NCBI GenBank assembly: GCA_028707065.1
Contig: JAQTUZ010000005.1
Span: 3,334 to 67,333, forward strand
DNA: 64,000 nt
DNA from: Patescibacteria group bacterium
GTDB lineage: Bacteria > Patescibacteriota > Patescibacteriia > Patescibacteriales > WJLG01
Direction: 5' to 3'
Shown: piece after piece, positions 22,725-34,100 of the stretch
Position numbering within the stretch: position 1 is the first letter of the stretch
Layout of the letters: every line of letters begins with the position of its first letter
Notes under the pieces: generated by a model
Database searches by the model: none
What the model was told of the DNA's origin: nothing
Seen by the model: only the letters and a program-made list of their open reading frames with translations
Program-made: the position numbers and the translations under genes

Positions 22725-22870
22725 TTAGGGGGAACCCCTCAATAGTCCCGCCGGGGCGGGATCAAAGCTCCCCTTTCGCGGGAATAAAGGCGCTCGGGTC
22801 GCTCCACTATCCGGCCGACCCTCGCGGTTATTTTATACCAGCGAGCTCGCTGACGGGGAATTATAGATTA
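22725..22870 (-). promoter_or_regulatory. ~145-nt conserved intergenic element, copy 1 (candidate promoter plus structured leader, or MITE)
   Basis: About 80% identical by eye to 49090-49230. The minus strand starts with TCTATAAT, followed by a variable hairpin and the conserved core ataaaataaccgcgagNgtcggccggataNNggagcgacccgagc. It ends about 12 nt before the ATG at 22713. Confidence 0.4.
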
Positions 22871-22871
22871 A

Positions 22872-23441
22872 CTAAAATATGCCGAAAGTTTTCAGCGCGT
22901 CCTGGAAATCCTTTTGCATTGAAGAAAAATCGGCTTGATCCGCGCCGGGATAAGAATCGACGGGATAAAAATAATAGACGTAAGAATATTTGGTCGAATT
23001 GGTTTTCAATTCAGTTTCTCCGGCCGCCAATTTAAAACTCGCCTTATCGTCATATCTGATATACATTAGCGGCGCGGCGTAATTCGGATTTTTTACGTAA
23101 AGAATTGTCGTTTTTCTGTTGACATTATTAGTGTCTGACATTCGCCAGAATCCTTCCAAAAAACTGGGCACGTTGAGCGCGCCCTTGGCTCCGGCCGGAG
23201 CGCTTAAAAAGAAAGATTGGCGGGAATAAGTGGCGTTTTTCCTTTTATCCAGCAATACCTGGGCGGCTTTTTGCTGCTGCAACTCGGCCGTCCGTTTGGC
23301 CGCCATTTGCGGCTGCCAGAAAAACAGCCAAAAACCCAGCAAAATAAGGAGCGCGATAATAACGCCGAGAACCGGATAAAATATTTTTTTATTTCCGGTC
23401 CAGGAAATAAATTTTTGTTGCCGCTCGATCTTGTTGTCCAT
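22872..23441 (-). CDS. membrane-anchored hypothetical protein
   Basis: 189 aa with an N-terminal TM (IFYPVLGVIIALLILLGFWLFFW) and an extracytoplasmic domain. No motif recognised. Confidence 0.5.
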   Translation of the reverse strand: MDNKIERQQKFISWTGNKKIFYPVLGVIIALLILLGFWLFFWQPQMAAKRTAELQQQKAAQVLLDKRKNATYSRQSFFLSAPAGAKGALNVPSFLEGFWRMSDTNNVNRKTTILYVKNPNYAAPLMYIRYDDKASFKLAAGETELKTNSTKYSYVYYFYPVDSYPGADQADFSSMQKDFQDALKTFGIF

Positions 23442-23514
23442 AAAATTAAATTTAATTTATTATAAATATTTATGTTTAATGAGATGGTTATAAAGCTATT
23501 TTTAACAATCCGCC

Positions 23515-23536
23515 GGAACGCAAAATATTGCGTTCC
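23515..23536. repeat. 22-nt palindromic motif (copy 2 of 2)
   Basis: ggaacgcaa-aata-ttgcgttcc, a perfect 9-bp stem. It lies 5 nt past the stop of the ABC permease. Confidence 0.6.
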
Positions 23537-23540
23537 TGCT

Positions 23541-24734
23541 TTAACTGTACCGGATCGCGTCCAGCGGGTTAAGTTTAGAGGCGTTGCGCGAAGGGAAGAA
23601 ACCGGTTAAGGCTCCCAGAATCGCCGAGAAAATGATCATAAATGCCAAAAACCAAAGGGGAAATTCAAACAAGTTGACTGCTTGGCCGCCCATCCGCTGA
23701 GCGATAAAACCCAAAATCACATTGATCGCCACTCCTCCCCCGACGCCGATCGCCACCCCGGACAAGCCGCCGAAAAATCCCATTAAAACCGCTTCCGACA
23801 GGAAGAGGATCTCGATCGTCAAATTGGAAGCGCCGATCGTGCGCATAATTCCGATTTCCTTGGTCCGCTCCAGAAGCGTGACCGTCATGGTGTTGAACAT
23901 GCCGATCGCCGAAACGACCAGGGCGATGCCGCCGAAAACGGCCAACACGATCTGAATGGCGCCAAAGATCTTATTGGCCTGATCCACGGTTTTGGAAAGT
24001 GAATTAACAATGAAACCTTTGGCTAAAAATTCATTCGAAGCTTTATCCAAAAACTCCCGGGAGCTTACTTTTACTCTGACTCTTTCATAAGTTCCGATGG
24101 CGAATTGCGAAGTCAAATCACTTAACGGAACAAAAGCGTAAAGAGAGGCATCGTCGGCTATTACGCCCTTGATGCGATATTGCTTATTCAATGGCATCTC
24201 ATGGACCTTGCCATCGGCGGCAGGAAGCAAAACTTTCAAATCCACGTATTGGCCGATGATCTCTTCGGATTTGGCATCAAAAAGTTTTAATAAGGCGGAA
24301 GAAATAACCAAGCGATCATCCTCGTCCTCGGCAAACAAATCGCCCTTATCAGCGATTATGCCGGCATAGCGGAAATAAGACGAATCGACTCCCTTAAGCA
24401 TAATGCTGCCGGTCAGGCCGTTGTAAGTGAGCGAGGAACTGAAGCTGGCCAAAGGCGAAACATCTTCGACATTATCCATCAGTTTGAATTCCGCCAATTT
24501 TTTATCATCGATCGTGATCACTTGCGAAGGCGGCGCCAACACGTCCAAAGAAAGCATCGCTTCGCCGAAAACGATCTTTTCCAATAAAATCCTTTGCAGA
24601 CCGTAACCCAGGCCGACCAAAATCACCACGGCCGAAATACCCACGCCAATACCCAAAATCGTCAGCCAAGTTCTCATCGGCCGAGTGCGGAACATTCTGG
24701 TCGCCAATTTAAAGGTATCTTTATAGTTGATCAT
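23541..24734 (-). CDS. ABC transporter permease, MacB/FtsX family
   Basis: N-terminal TM (MRTWLTILGIGVGISAVVILVGLG), a large periplasmic MacB-like domain and a C-terminal FtsX-type 3-TM bundle. Confidence 0.85.
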   Translation of the reverse strand: MINYKDTFKLATRMFRTRPMRTWLTILGIGVGISAVVILVGLGYGLQRILLEKIVFGEAMLSLDVLAPPSQVITIDDKKLAEFKLMDNVEDVSPLASFSSSLTYNGLTGSIMLKGVDSSYFRYAGIIADKGDLFAEDEDDRLVISSALLKLFDAKSEEIIGQYVDLKVLLPAADGKVHEMPLNKQYRIKGVIADDASLYAFVPLSDLTSQFAIGTYERVRVKVSSREFLDKASNEFLAKGFIVNSLSKTVDQANKIFGAIQIVLAVFGGIALVVSAIGMFNTMTVTLLERTKEIGIMRTIGASNLTIEILFLSEAVLMGFFGGLSGVAIGVGGGVAINVILGFIAQRMGGQAVNLFEFPLWFLAFMIIFSAILGALTGFFPSRNASKLNPLDAIRYS

Positions 24735-24804
24735 ATTTTATCACGTAACACGTAGCGCGTAACACACGACAGGGTGCGGTAGAAAAATTTTTTCTTTAAA
24801 ACTA

Positions 24805-24913
24805 TAAGTTAATTAGTTAATTAGGCACTTAGTCGTATTAAAACGAAGTCCGTAAATAATAATTAATATTGTCTGCTATTCAACTAATTAACTAATCAAC
24901 TAAGTAACTAAAA
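24805..24913. repeat. family A inverted-repeat element in the opposite orientation
   Basis: The arms taagttaattagttaattaggcacttagtcg (24805-24836) and caactaattaactaatcaactaagtaactaaaa (24881-24913) are the reverse complement of the arrangement at 27994-28104, including the core motif ttcgttttaatac. Confidence 0.75.
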
Positions 24914-24916
24914 ATT

Positions 24917-26236
24917 CTATGATTTGTTGGCGGTGTCGATCCCTTGGGTCAATAATTTCTCAAAATAAAATACCACTTGGTCCCGATCTTTTTTATCAAG
25001 CCCCACGCCGCCCTTCTTGGCCGACTTTTTCAGAATTTCTTCCAAATCCTCTTTGCGGATCAGCCCGGAAACGCGGTCGCGGACCGCTTGTTTTAAAACC
25101 GCCTTTTGGTCGCGATCGACCCTGATCTTGGCTTCCTCCATTACATAATATAGCAGTTCATTGATCAGTTTGTCTTCCCGGCTGAAAAAAGCCCCTTCAT
25201 TCATGCGGCGGCGATAGCGCCGGACATCTTCCGAATGCTTTAAGATCTGCATCACTTTATCGGTCAAGAATTTGGCCCGGACTTTCGGCAGCCCCACCCC
25301 GCCTTTAGCTAACGGCGCGCTTAAAATTTCATAAAAATTATCGCTGCCCATGGTGCGCAAAATCATCAATTTCACCGCTTTTTCCAAGCGATCGATCTGC
25401 AAAAAATCCAAATCCTGCGTCAAATAATTGATCAGGCTTTTGACTTTCAAATCTTCCGGTTCAAAATAAGGGAACATCTTGGACAGCAGCTCGATTTCGG
25501 TGACCAAAACTTTCTGCCGGTCGAATTTGACGACTTGCTTCTTGTCCGGATTGGGAACGGTGCGCAAGAGCTGGCCGTCTTTCATGTAAAAAACCCGGTG
25601 GCACCAGACCAATTGCGACGCGTTATGGGTGATCATGATCACGGTCTTCTTATCTTTTTGATTGATCTCCTCCAAAACGCGCATCACCTGATCGGAAGAT
25701 TTGGAATCCAGGTTGCCGGTCGGTTCATCAGCCAGCAAAATATCCGGATTGTTGACCATCGAACGGGCCACTGAAGCTCTTTGCAATTGTCCGCCGGAAA
25801 GCAACATGGGATAATTGTCCGCCTTATTGCCGATGCCGAAACGATCGAGGAGAGCCTGTCCGCGAATCTTCCTTTTCGCCCACGGAATACCCAGAAAAGT
25901 CTGCGGTAAAACCGTATTATCGATTACGGAAATCGAATTGATCAGGAAAAATGCCTGATAGATGATGCCGATCGTCCGCGCCTGGTAGTTTACCATTTCC
26001 GCCGGAGAAAAAGCGTAGGGATTTTCGCCTTTTACCAATATTTCTCCCGCTGAAGGCTGCAAGATACCCAAAATGCTGTAAAAAACCGTAGACTTGCCGC
26101 AGCCCGAAGGGCCGAAAAGCGCGATAAACTCACCGGGATAAATATCCAGATTTAAATCGGTGATGGCCTTAAACTCGTTCTTCTTGCCGAGGTTATAGAC
26201 CACGTCCATGTGCCTGCTTTGTATTATAGGCTCCAT
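24917..26236 (-). CDS. ABC transporter ATP-binding protein (MacB/LolD-like) with ~215-aa C-terminal extension
   Basis: Walker [10 protein letters not shown], signature LSGGQLQRA, Walker [13 protein letters not shown]. The extension contains a duplicated motif KGGVGLPK / KKGGVGLDK. Confidence 0.9.
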   Translation of the reverse strand: MEPIIQSRHMDVVYNLGKKNEFKAITDLNLDIYPGEFIALFGPSGCGKSTVFYSILGILQPSAGEILVKGENPYAFSPAEMVNYQARTIGIIYQAFFLINSISVIDNTVLPQTFLGIPWAKRKIRGQALLDRFGIGNKADNYPMLLSGGQLQRASVARSMVNNPDILLADEPTGNLDSKSSDQVMRVLEEINQKDKKTVIMITHNASQLVWCHRVFYMKDGQLLRTVPNPDKKQVVKFDRQKVLVTEIELLSKMFPYFEPEDLKVKSLINYLTQDLDFLQIDRLEKAVKLMILRTMGSDNFYEILSAPLAKGGVGLPKVRAKFLTDKVMQILKHSEDVRRYRRRMNEGAFFSREDKLINELLYYVMEEAKIRVDRDQKAVLKQAVRDRVSGLIRKEDLEEILKKSAKKGGVGLDKKDRDQVVFYFEKLLTQGIDTANKS

Positions 26237-26238
26237 CT

Positions 26239-26321
26239 TATTAGTTAAAAGTTGAAAGTGAAAAATTATTAATTTTATTTCTACCTTATAACTTTTAACT
26301 TTATAACTTTTTACTTTCTAC
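26239..26321. repeat. intergenic inverted repeat built from AGTTAAAAG / CTTTTAACT words
   Basis: C-free left arm ttagttaaaagttgaaagtgaaaaatta. G-free right arm ctaccttataacttttaactttataactttttactttctac. Confidence 0.7.
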
Positions 26322-27902
26322 TTATTTTTTCCCGTTGACCCAGCCGAAGGTGGATTCGAAATTCTTCAAAATGATATCAATGATGTTTTGTTCGCGGGTG
26401 GGCGTCAGCATAATATAATCGCTGGTGCGCGCTTTATTGCCGACATTGTCATAGCATTCGATCCAAAATTTATAAACCGTCGAAGGCAATAAATTCGTCG
26501 TTACTTGCACGTGTTTGGTGCCATAATCTTTTTCCATCGGCAAAACGTCCACTTTTTCCGTGGCATTGAAACCCTGATGGAAAGAAAATTGGCAGACCGC
26601 TTCTTCGTCCGTTTCCCAGCTGATGATCGTCTGCACTTTCGTGTCCGCGCCGGGATAAAGAGTCGATTCGGTATTGACTTTGGAAATAGCCGGCGGCAGC
26701 ACGTCTTTGATGGTCAAAAAAGTAAAAGGCGAACTTTGCGCTTTATCGTTATTTTCGCTCTCGGCGGTGATCATGGCCGAATAATAGGTATCGTACTTCA
26801 GATTATCCAGGCGGATCGAATGGACGATCGAATAATTGGAATTTCCCTGCATCTTGGTTTCGCCCGTATCCAGATCGGTGTACTCGATATAAGCGGAGCA
26901 AGGGATATTGGTGGCAAAATTTATGGTCGCCGCGCTCTCTTCGATCTTGGCAATGGTGATATTATAAATTTCCGGCAGGATCGATTTAGTCACAAAAACC
27001 TTGTCAGTACTCTTAGTCTCCACGCCCAAGCTGGTTTTGGAAACAACCTGAAAATGATAAGTCGTTGCCGGAGTCAGGCCGTTGATCTGCGCCGTATGAT
27101 CGATAACCTGTTCGTCATAATTTCCTTCCTGCCAGACATAAGGATTGGGATTATTGGCGTTGAAATCTTTTTCTGTCACCAGCGCCACGATCGAATTGGC
27201 TTCCTGGTTGGTCTGCCATTTGATAATGGCGTAATCGACGCCGGTTTCCACGTCAACCTTGTCAAAAATTATTTCCAGTTTTTCCGTGACCTGCTGGGCC
27301 TGCTCTTGAATTTGATTCTGAATAATTTGCAGGGTCCGTTGGTCGGTGATTTTATTGATCTCTTCCAAAATTTGCGTCACTTGCTGTTTGTTGGTTTCGG
27401 TGCTGGAAGACACTTGCTCGGTGTTGCCCTGGTACTGGCCGGGAGTTTCCGAAGGGCCCGGATACTGGCCGGGCTGCTCGGACACCTGCGCGTTTTTATT
27501 TCCCGTGGTCACAAAAGAAAAATCGCTGGAAATCGCCTGATTGCCCGAAACGTCCGAAGAAATAATGCGGAAATAATAAGTGGAGTCAGGCAGCAAATCG
27601 TCCAAAATTATTTTATGGCTGGTTTTATCGGAAAGCGGATCGCGCACCATGCCGTAATTGCGATTCAAACCGTAGTTGACCAAGGAATCCGATTGCTCGT
27701 CCGTCTGCCAATAAATAGTCGCCGAGCTGGTAGAGATGCCGTCGATCTTGGAGTTAAAAATTATCGGCGGGATCTTGTCGTTGGCGGCCGCTCCGGCCTG
27801 GTTGGCGCGGAAATTGCTTATCAAAAACAAACCAACGATAAAACTCGCGGCTAAAGCCAAAAGTAACAGCAAAATATTAATGATCAGCAAATGTTTTTGC
27901 AT
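26322..27902 (-). CDS. membrane-anchored protein with four fn3-like (purple-acid-phosphatase N-terminal type) repeats
   Basis: N-terminal TM. The four repeats are marked by IYWQTDEQSDSLVNYG, IKWQTNQEANSIV, INFATNIPCSAYIEY and ISWETDEEAVCQFSF. Confidence 0.65.
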   Translation of the reverse strand: MQKHLLIINILLLLLALAASFIVGLFLISNFRANQAGAAANDKIPPIIFNSKIDGISTSSATIYWQTDEQSDSLVNYGLNRNYGMVRDPLSDKTSHKIILDDLLPDSTYYFRIISSDVSGNQAISSDFSFVTTGNKNAQVSEQPGQYPGPSETPGQYQGNTEQVSSSTETNKQQVTQILEEINKITDQRTLQIIQNQIQEQAQQVTEKLEIIFDKVDVETGVDYAIIKWQTNQEANSIVALVTEKDFNANNPNPYVWQEGNYDEQVIDHTAQINGLTPATTYHFQVVSKTSLGVETKSTDKVFVTKSILPEIYNITIAKIEESAATINFATNIPCSAYIEYTDLDTGETKMQGNSNYSIVHSIRLDNLKYDTYYSAMITAESENNDKAQSSPFTFLTIKDVLPPAISKVNTESTLYPGADTKVQTIISWETDEEAVCQFSFHQGFNATEKVDVLPMEKDYGTKHVQVTTNLLPSTVYKFWIECYDNVGNKARTSDYIMLTPTREQNIIDIILKNFESTFGWVNGKK

Positions 27903-27993
27903 AATTCCCCTTGTTTGTTATTCTCCCCCTTTTTTATCTTGATTTTATTTATCTTCATTATATCAGAATCAGGCTCAACTTAGAAATAATAAT

Positions 27994-28104
27994 AATTAGT
28001 TGATTAGTTAATTGGTTAATTAGTTTGACTATAAACAAACCTTGTTCTAATTAACGAATTTCGTTTTAATACAACTAATTAACCAATCAACTAATTGACT
28101 AATA
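27994..28104. repeat. family A inverted-repeat element
   Basis: Left arm aattagttgattagttaattggttaattagtttgac (27994-28029), 42-nt core, right arm caactaattaaccaatcaactaattgactaata (28072-28104). The right arm abuts the stop of the giant gene. Confidence 0.8.
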
Positions 28105-31100
28105 TCACCATCCTGACCCGTTCAAAATCGCGGCAAAGGTGCTCGAACCATGGAAAGAAGTACGGGTGGAAGTGGCAGGAATGCCGATGCCCCAATAGAT
28201 CAAATCGGAAACATCGGAATTACTGGTCGGTTTGGCTAAATTAAGACTGACAAGCTCCCCGCCGTTTTTCAAAGTGCTGCCCGATGAATAGGAAAAATTT
28301 TGCGTCAAGTCCCAATGGATATAGGTAGAGTCGAGCGTGCTAACGATCAGGCCGGTCATATCAGTGCCGGCCACATCGCTGTTGATCGGCGAGTTGCCAT
28401 TATTGATCACCGTAACCGACTGATTGACCGAGCCGGTATCCGTGCCCGCGTCCATTCTGCCGAAATCGATATTTTCTTCCGGCACATTCAAAGCCAAATT
28501 GGTATTGACTTCGACCGTGGGCGAAGTGGTGGACATATAATTGGAGCCGTCGTAAACCTGCAAACGGCCGGACCAAGTGTCCGTACTCCAGATATTGCCG
28601 GTGGAGTTATCAGTCGGTTCGGCGAAAAATTTCATATTAGCCGTGCAAGTATAAGTGGCAATGGCGTCGGTAGGTCCGGAACAATCGCTTTTTACGCAAT
28701 CAGAGGTAGTAAGCTGATAACAATTATTATCATTAGCGGCGCAAACATACCCCAGCGCGGTGCGATAAATCACGCCCGTGGCCGAAACCAGGGTTTGGCA
28801 GCCATTAAGGTCAGTGACCGAAGTGTCGATCAATTGGACTTGCTTGTCGGCCGCGCCCTTGATATTTAAAGTTATATCGGCATTATTATTCAACGCCAAA
28901 GCTCCCAGCGACGGCGCCGTATTATTAATGTGATAACTGCTGGTTCGCGGGCTGGTGGTGGCGCCCAAGGAAAAATTATCAAAAACAAACGCGTAATAAG
29001 TATAGGCTCCGGCCGGATAAGGCGAAATATTTTGATAATGGCAGATCGGGTTGGCGGTCGTAGTGGCGGTTGTGGAACAGATCGTGTTGCCCGCTCCGCC
29101 GGTGCAGCCGGCCGCGGTCGCGCCATTGGTCGAACAAACATAATAACTCCAGGAATTATCAGTATCGCTATCCGCGGCCGTGGCTTGAATATCGATCAAA
29201 CTGCCCGGGTCTTTATAATCATTGAGCGTGGCAACGGCGCTGAATGACGGCGGATGATTGACGCGGAAAGTCGAAGCGTTCGGCGAGCCGGCCTGGCCCT
29301 GCGACACGGCGGAACATTGGGCGATACCGGCGCCATAATGATAATCGCAGGCAAAACCGTACCAATCATAATATTCAGAATAAAGATGGCTGGTGGAAGC
29401 GGAACAGCTGGCGGCGGCAGAGGAAGAAGCCCGGGAAGAAATGCACCAGGAACCTCCCGGACAAGTCGGCGCCCCGCCGTTGCCCGCGGTAATCGCGCTG
29501 GTTTTACAGATCGCCAAATAATATTGATCGGTCTGCGGGTCAGTAGAGGTGGCGGAAAAATTCACGTTTTGCCCGTAAGCGGTCGGGGTGGAAGTCGCCG
29601 AACCGCCATCCGAAGGCACTGAGGTAAATGACGGAGCGGTATTGGTGGTTCCGGCTACGGTCAATTCGGCATAACGGTCGTAAGCATCAAGCGCCACATT
29701 ATTTTTGGTGCCGCGGAAACAATAAGTTTGGCCGGCCTTGGCATTGGTGGTTGCTTTAATGGCGAATTCCACTTCAGTATCTTGGTCTTCGGCCAAGGTT
29801 ATCGCCGCTGAAGTGGCGGACGGACCATTGACCATGCGGCCGGTGGCATAGGCGTAGCCATTGGTGGATAACCACGCCCGGGTAGTGCTGGCATCGCTAT
29901 ACTGCGTGGAAGTGGCAATCTGGAATTGGTAAGTGGAGGTGGCCGTGCTCCGCACTTGATACCAGGAACTTAAAGCGCCGGAAGAACAATTGGTCGTGGT
30001 GGTAGCGTATTGCAGGCCAAAACCGTAATTGGCAGCTGTTCCGGCCTTGGTATTGGCAAAAGACAAACGCAATCGGATATTGGTTTTTTTACTGATGGCC
30101 GTGCCCAGCGTCGGGTCAGGCGTGTCCTCGGCTTCCCGCCAAGTGCCGGCCGACGCATCGTCAGCCCGCCAGCGATAATGCTTGCCAATAACGTAAGAAC
30201 TCGGCGTGGAAGTGGTGAACGACCAATAATCGGAGCGCAAAATTTCCGCTCCTGCTTGCTGGTAAACCCGATAGTAAACATACCCGCCGCTTAGATAATC
30301 GCTGATGCGATAATCAATCGTGCCGCTCAAAGTGAAATCAGTATTAAGCGCCGCCGAACTGTTGGAGGCCACCGAAGTCCAGGCATTGACCGAGCCAAAA
30401 CGATAAACCTGCAAATTGACATAATTAGCTGTCGGAGCCACGCTGGATTGGCCGTTCCAGGAAACATTCAAAGCATAAGTGGTTTTCCCGTCTCGGGCGG
30501 CAAAATTATAAATCGGATACTGACCGGACCCGCTGGTCATGCTGTCGCGATCATTATTATCAGTCGATACGGCCGTGTAACCGGGATTATCCAAAAAGTA
30601 AGTCAGGTTGACCGAATTGACCGGCAAGCTGCTCAAAATATCTTTGGAATATCGCTTAGTATCATTGGCCACCAGGCTTAAAGTGGGATAGGCCGAATAA
30701 ACATCGAAAGTGGAACTGCCGGTGCCGTCGATCAGCCTTAAGCGATAAGTTTTGCCCACGGTCGCGTTGACTGTCTGCACGGCAAAAGCGAATTCCGTAT
30801 AATGGCTGCTGAGCAAATTATACATATTGGTCAGATTGGTATTTTCCTGGAAAAAGCCGTCCGACCAAGTATTGCCATTGGCCGCGGCTTTGTTGGTGGT
30901 AATCGAATCGCCGTTCGCGCCGGAGATGCCGTAAGAATAGCTGATCGGCGTAGCGGCGCCCACATCGGTCCAGATTCCGGGCGAATCAGTATTATTTTCA
31001 TACTGCAGTTTGAAACGCTTATTATAAGTTTGATCGGCGCCGGTATTCTGGATCTGGACGCGGGCGTTGAGGCGCTGGCCTTTTTCCACATTGGCCAAGG

Positions 31101-34100
31101 GCGCTCCGGCCAGTCCCGGCGCGGTGTTCAAATTAACGCTGGCGCCATCGTCGTTTTCTATCAAGTAAGAAGTTTGCGCCAGTAAGTACCCGGAAGTGGT
31201 ACTGGCAATCATCGCCACGGTCGCGCTGGCTTTATTGCCGGCCAGATCGTAAGCCCAGATATTGAAAGTGTACCAGGAGCTTTTGGCCAAACCGGCCACG
31301 GTAGTGGTGACGGCGCCATTGTAATTAATGTAATTAAGGTTGGTGTCGCTTTGTTCCGAATCGCTTTCCGTAACCGGCGAAGTTGAACCTTTTTTATAAA
31401 AGATCCGATAGCGATAAAAATTGGTATCGGTCGTGGCCGAGCCGAAATGGACGTTGATCGAACCCGAAGTATGCGAACTGAAAACCAGATTGCCGGGCGT
31501 AGCGGGCGCGGCGGTATCGATCGTTATGTTGGGGGTGCTGGCATTGAAGCCGGCCCAGGCGGAGCAGATATCGCTCGCGTCGCAAACCAAAGCCTGCCAT
31601 TTATAAGCGCCGTCGGGAATATCAGTGAGCGAAGATGTTCCGATATAAGGCGTAACGCTGAAATCCTGGGGCGCGCCAGAATAGGTGACCACCCAGATTT
31701 TGGAAGTACAGCCGGAATAATCAGGGCTGGCGCAAGCTCCCGACGGCTTGGCCGTGCTGGTGGCGAAAGTTTGGCTGGTAGGAATGAATTGGTAATAGAT
31801 CGATAATGTTTCCGACGGATCAGGATCCGTGGCCTGGCCGGATAAAACGATATTTTTTTGATTGAAATAAGTGCCGTTGGTGATAACGGTCACCTTATCG
31901 CTCTGATACTGATACAAACTGCCGGCGTTATCAGGATACGAATCCACCGTCACCCTCAATCTGATCTGGTCGACATCGGCGGTAACCACCGTGGAGGAAG
32001 CGTTGAGCGCGTAAACTTTGGCATCAAGATTGATGATGTCATCCCAGATCCAGGCGGCTGGCGCGTTAGCATCGCTGGTAATGTCATCATAAAAAGTCGT
32101 ATCGCTGTCAGTCCGGCCAAAAAGCGACCCGGCCAAGGTATAAGTATTTCCGGCGGTCAAACCGGAAAATAGCGGAATTATCTTATAGCTTATATTGTTC
32201 GGGTCGTTGTTATATCCTTCCAGGCCGAGCTCAACGTCCAGAATAGACTTGGTGGTGGTAGCGACATTATTGGCCGTGCCTTGCAAATAATTGGCCGAGT
32301 CATCAGCCGAACTCCCCGGCACATTGCGATAAGCATATGTATCGTCGGTGTTATCCCAGGCATAAGGCGAATTGATCCACCCCTCCGTGGCGCCGCTGGT
32401 GTAATAATAAACTTCAGTCAAAGAATTGGATGTTTGAAAAGTTACGGCGGTGGAACTGGATTTGTTGCCGGCCTGGTCGTAAGCCCAAATATTAAAAACA
32501 TATTGGGTGTTGGCGGTCAAACCATCGATAGTGATCGACGGCACACCGTTATAGTTCAGATAGCCCAAACTGGAATCGCTGGACGAACCGAACAAGGTAT
32601 CGCTTTCCTTGACGCCGCTCGTCCCCTGCTTATAGAAAATTTTATACTGGCTGAAATTGGCTTCATAGCTTGGCGAACCAAACCCCAAAGTGATGCTGGT
32701 AGTTTTTCGGCTGACCAAAGAAAGTTGGCCCGGCGCTGTCGGCGCGATGGTATCGATCCTGAAATTGGGCGTGGACAAATTGTACGGCGCCCAGGGAGAA
32801 CAGCCGCCGCTATTGCAAGCAAGCGCGTGCCATTTGTAGCTGCTGTCGGGTATTAAAGTTATCATCGCCGCCTTGTTAACGGGCGTTAAATAATATTGTT
32901 CCGTGGAAGTCGAGTAAAAAGTGCCGGGAGAGTTTTGGTTATTATACTCCGTCAAGAGCCATTTGCCGGAACGGGCGACCGAAGCGATGCGGGCTTCATC
33001 GATAATACCGGTCCAATACTCCGTAGTGGCGCCGCCGAAATAAGAGCGGCCGATCTGGGTCGGGTCATTATTAGTAACGATCGTGCCGGTATGAGGGGTC
33101 GTTCCCTGAACAGCGCCGTTATAATAGGCGCGCAAATTCAAACCATCGTAAGTTCCGGCCACGTAAGAGAAGGTGGTGGGTAAAACCGTGGTGCTATAAG
33201 CATGATAAGCGGTTCCGCCCGAGTCCACTTCGGCATGCAATAATTTATTGGCCGAAGCATCCACGCCCAAGTTGAAGATCGCGTATGGGGCAACAGCGGA
33301 AGTTTGCGTTTTGGCGATGATCTTGGCGTAGTTAACCAAGGTGCCGCGCGTCGCCCAAGCCGAATAAGTCGCTCCGGTCGTCACATCGATATCGGCCAAG
33401 TTGATCGCCTGGGCCGTGCCGCTGAAATTTTTAGCAACGCCCAATTTGCCGGTGGTGTTGGTAGTGCCGACGTTAGTACCGTTATAATTGCCGGTCGAAT
33501 CTTTGAAATTATCAGTGGCCAAGTGATAGACGGCCAGATAGCTATTGGACCAGACGCTGCGGGCGCCGTAGGTGGTGGAAGAGGCGGGCTGGGAGGCGGT
33601 CGATGAACCGTAGTAAAGATAAAAAGTGTAATTAGAGGAGGAGGAAATGGAATCGGCGCGGAACCAGACTTCGCCCGAATAAGTGGAAGTGGCCAGCGAA
33701 ACGATTTCGACCGGCATTCTGGTTCCGGTGGAATTGGTGATGACGATGTCGCCGCCGTCGCTATTCCTCTTGGTGTGCCCCCAAAAATCATTAGTCGTAC
33801 CTAATCTGGCCATATCCAAATAAACGGGAAAATTGGTCAGAGCGCCGGCGATCTGGGAGCTTTGAACGACGATGGGAGTGCGATATTGGTAGCCTTTGCT
33901 ATACCAACCGCCGGTAATGGCGTTGTTAGTCCAAATTTTTCCCGCGCAGCTGGCAAAAGTTGTCCCGCTATAACAGAAAGTTGCCGGTACGGACGTGGCT
34001 ACCGTGAAAGTGTTGGCATTATCCAGCAATTCATAATAAAGGGAGAATGACGTGGCGCTCGTGGAAGTAGCCCACAGATTGACCGTATTGCTGGTGGTCC

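Noticed and set aside
26505-27854. 449-aa plus-strand ORF, with similar long plus-strand ORFs at 9208..10167, 45917..46717, 1276..1770 and 10431..11561.
   Set aside because: Each lies entirely antisense to a minus-strand gene with recognisable domains. The translations are R/G/I/F-rich low-complexity strings without motifs, which is typical of shadow ORFs.
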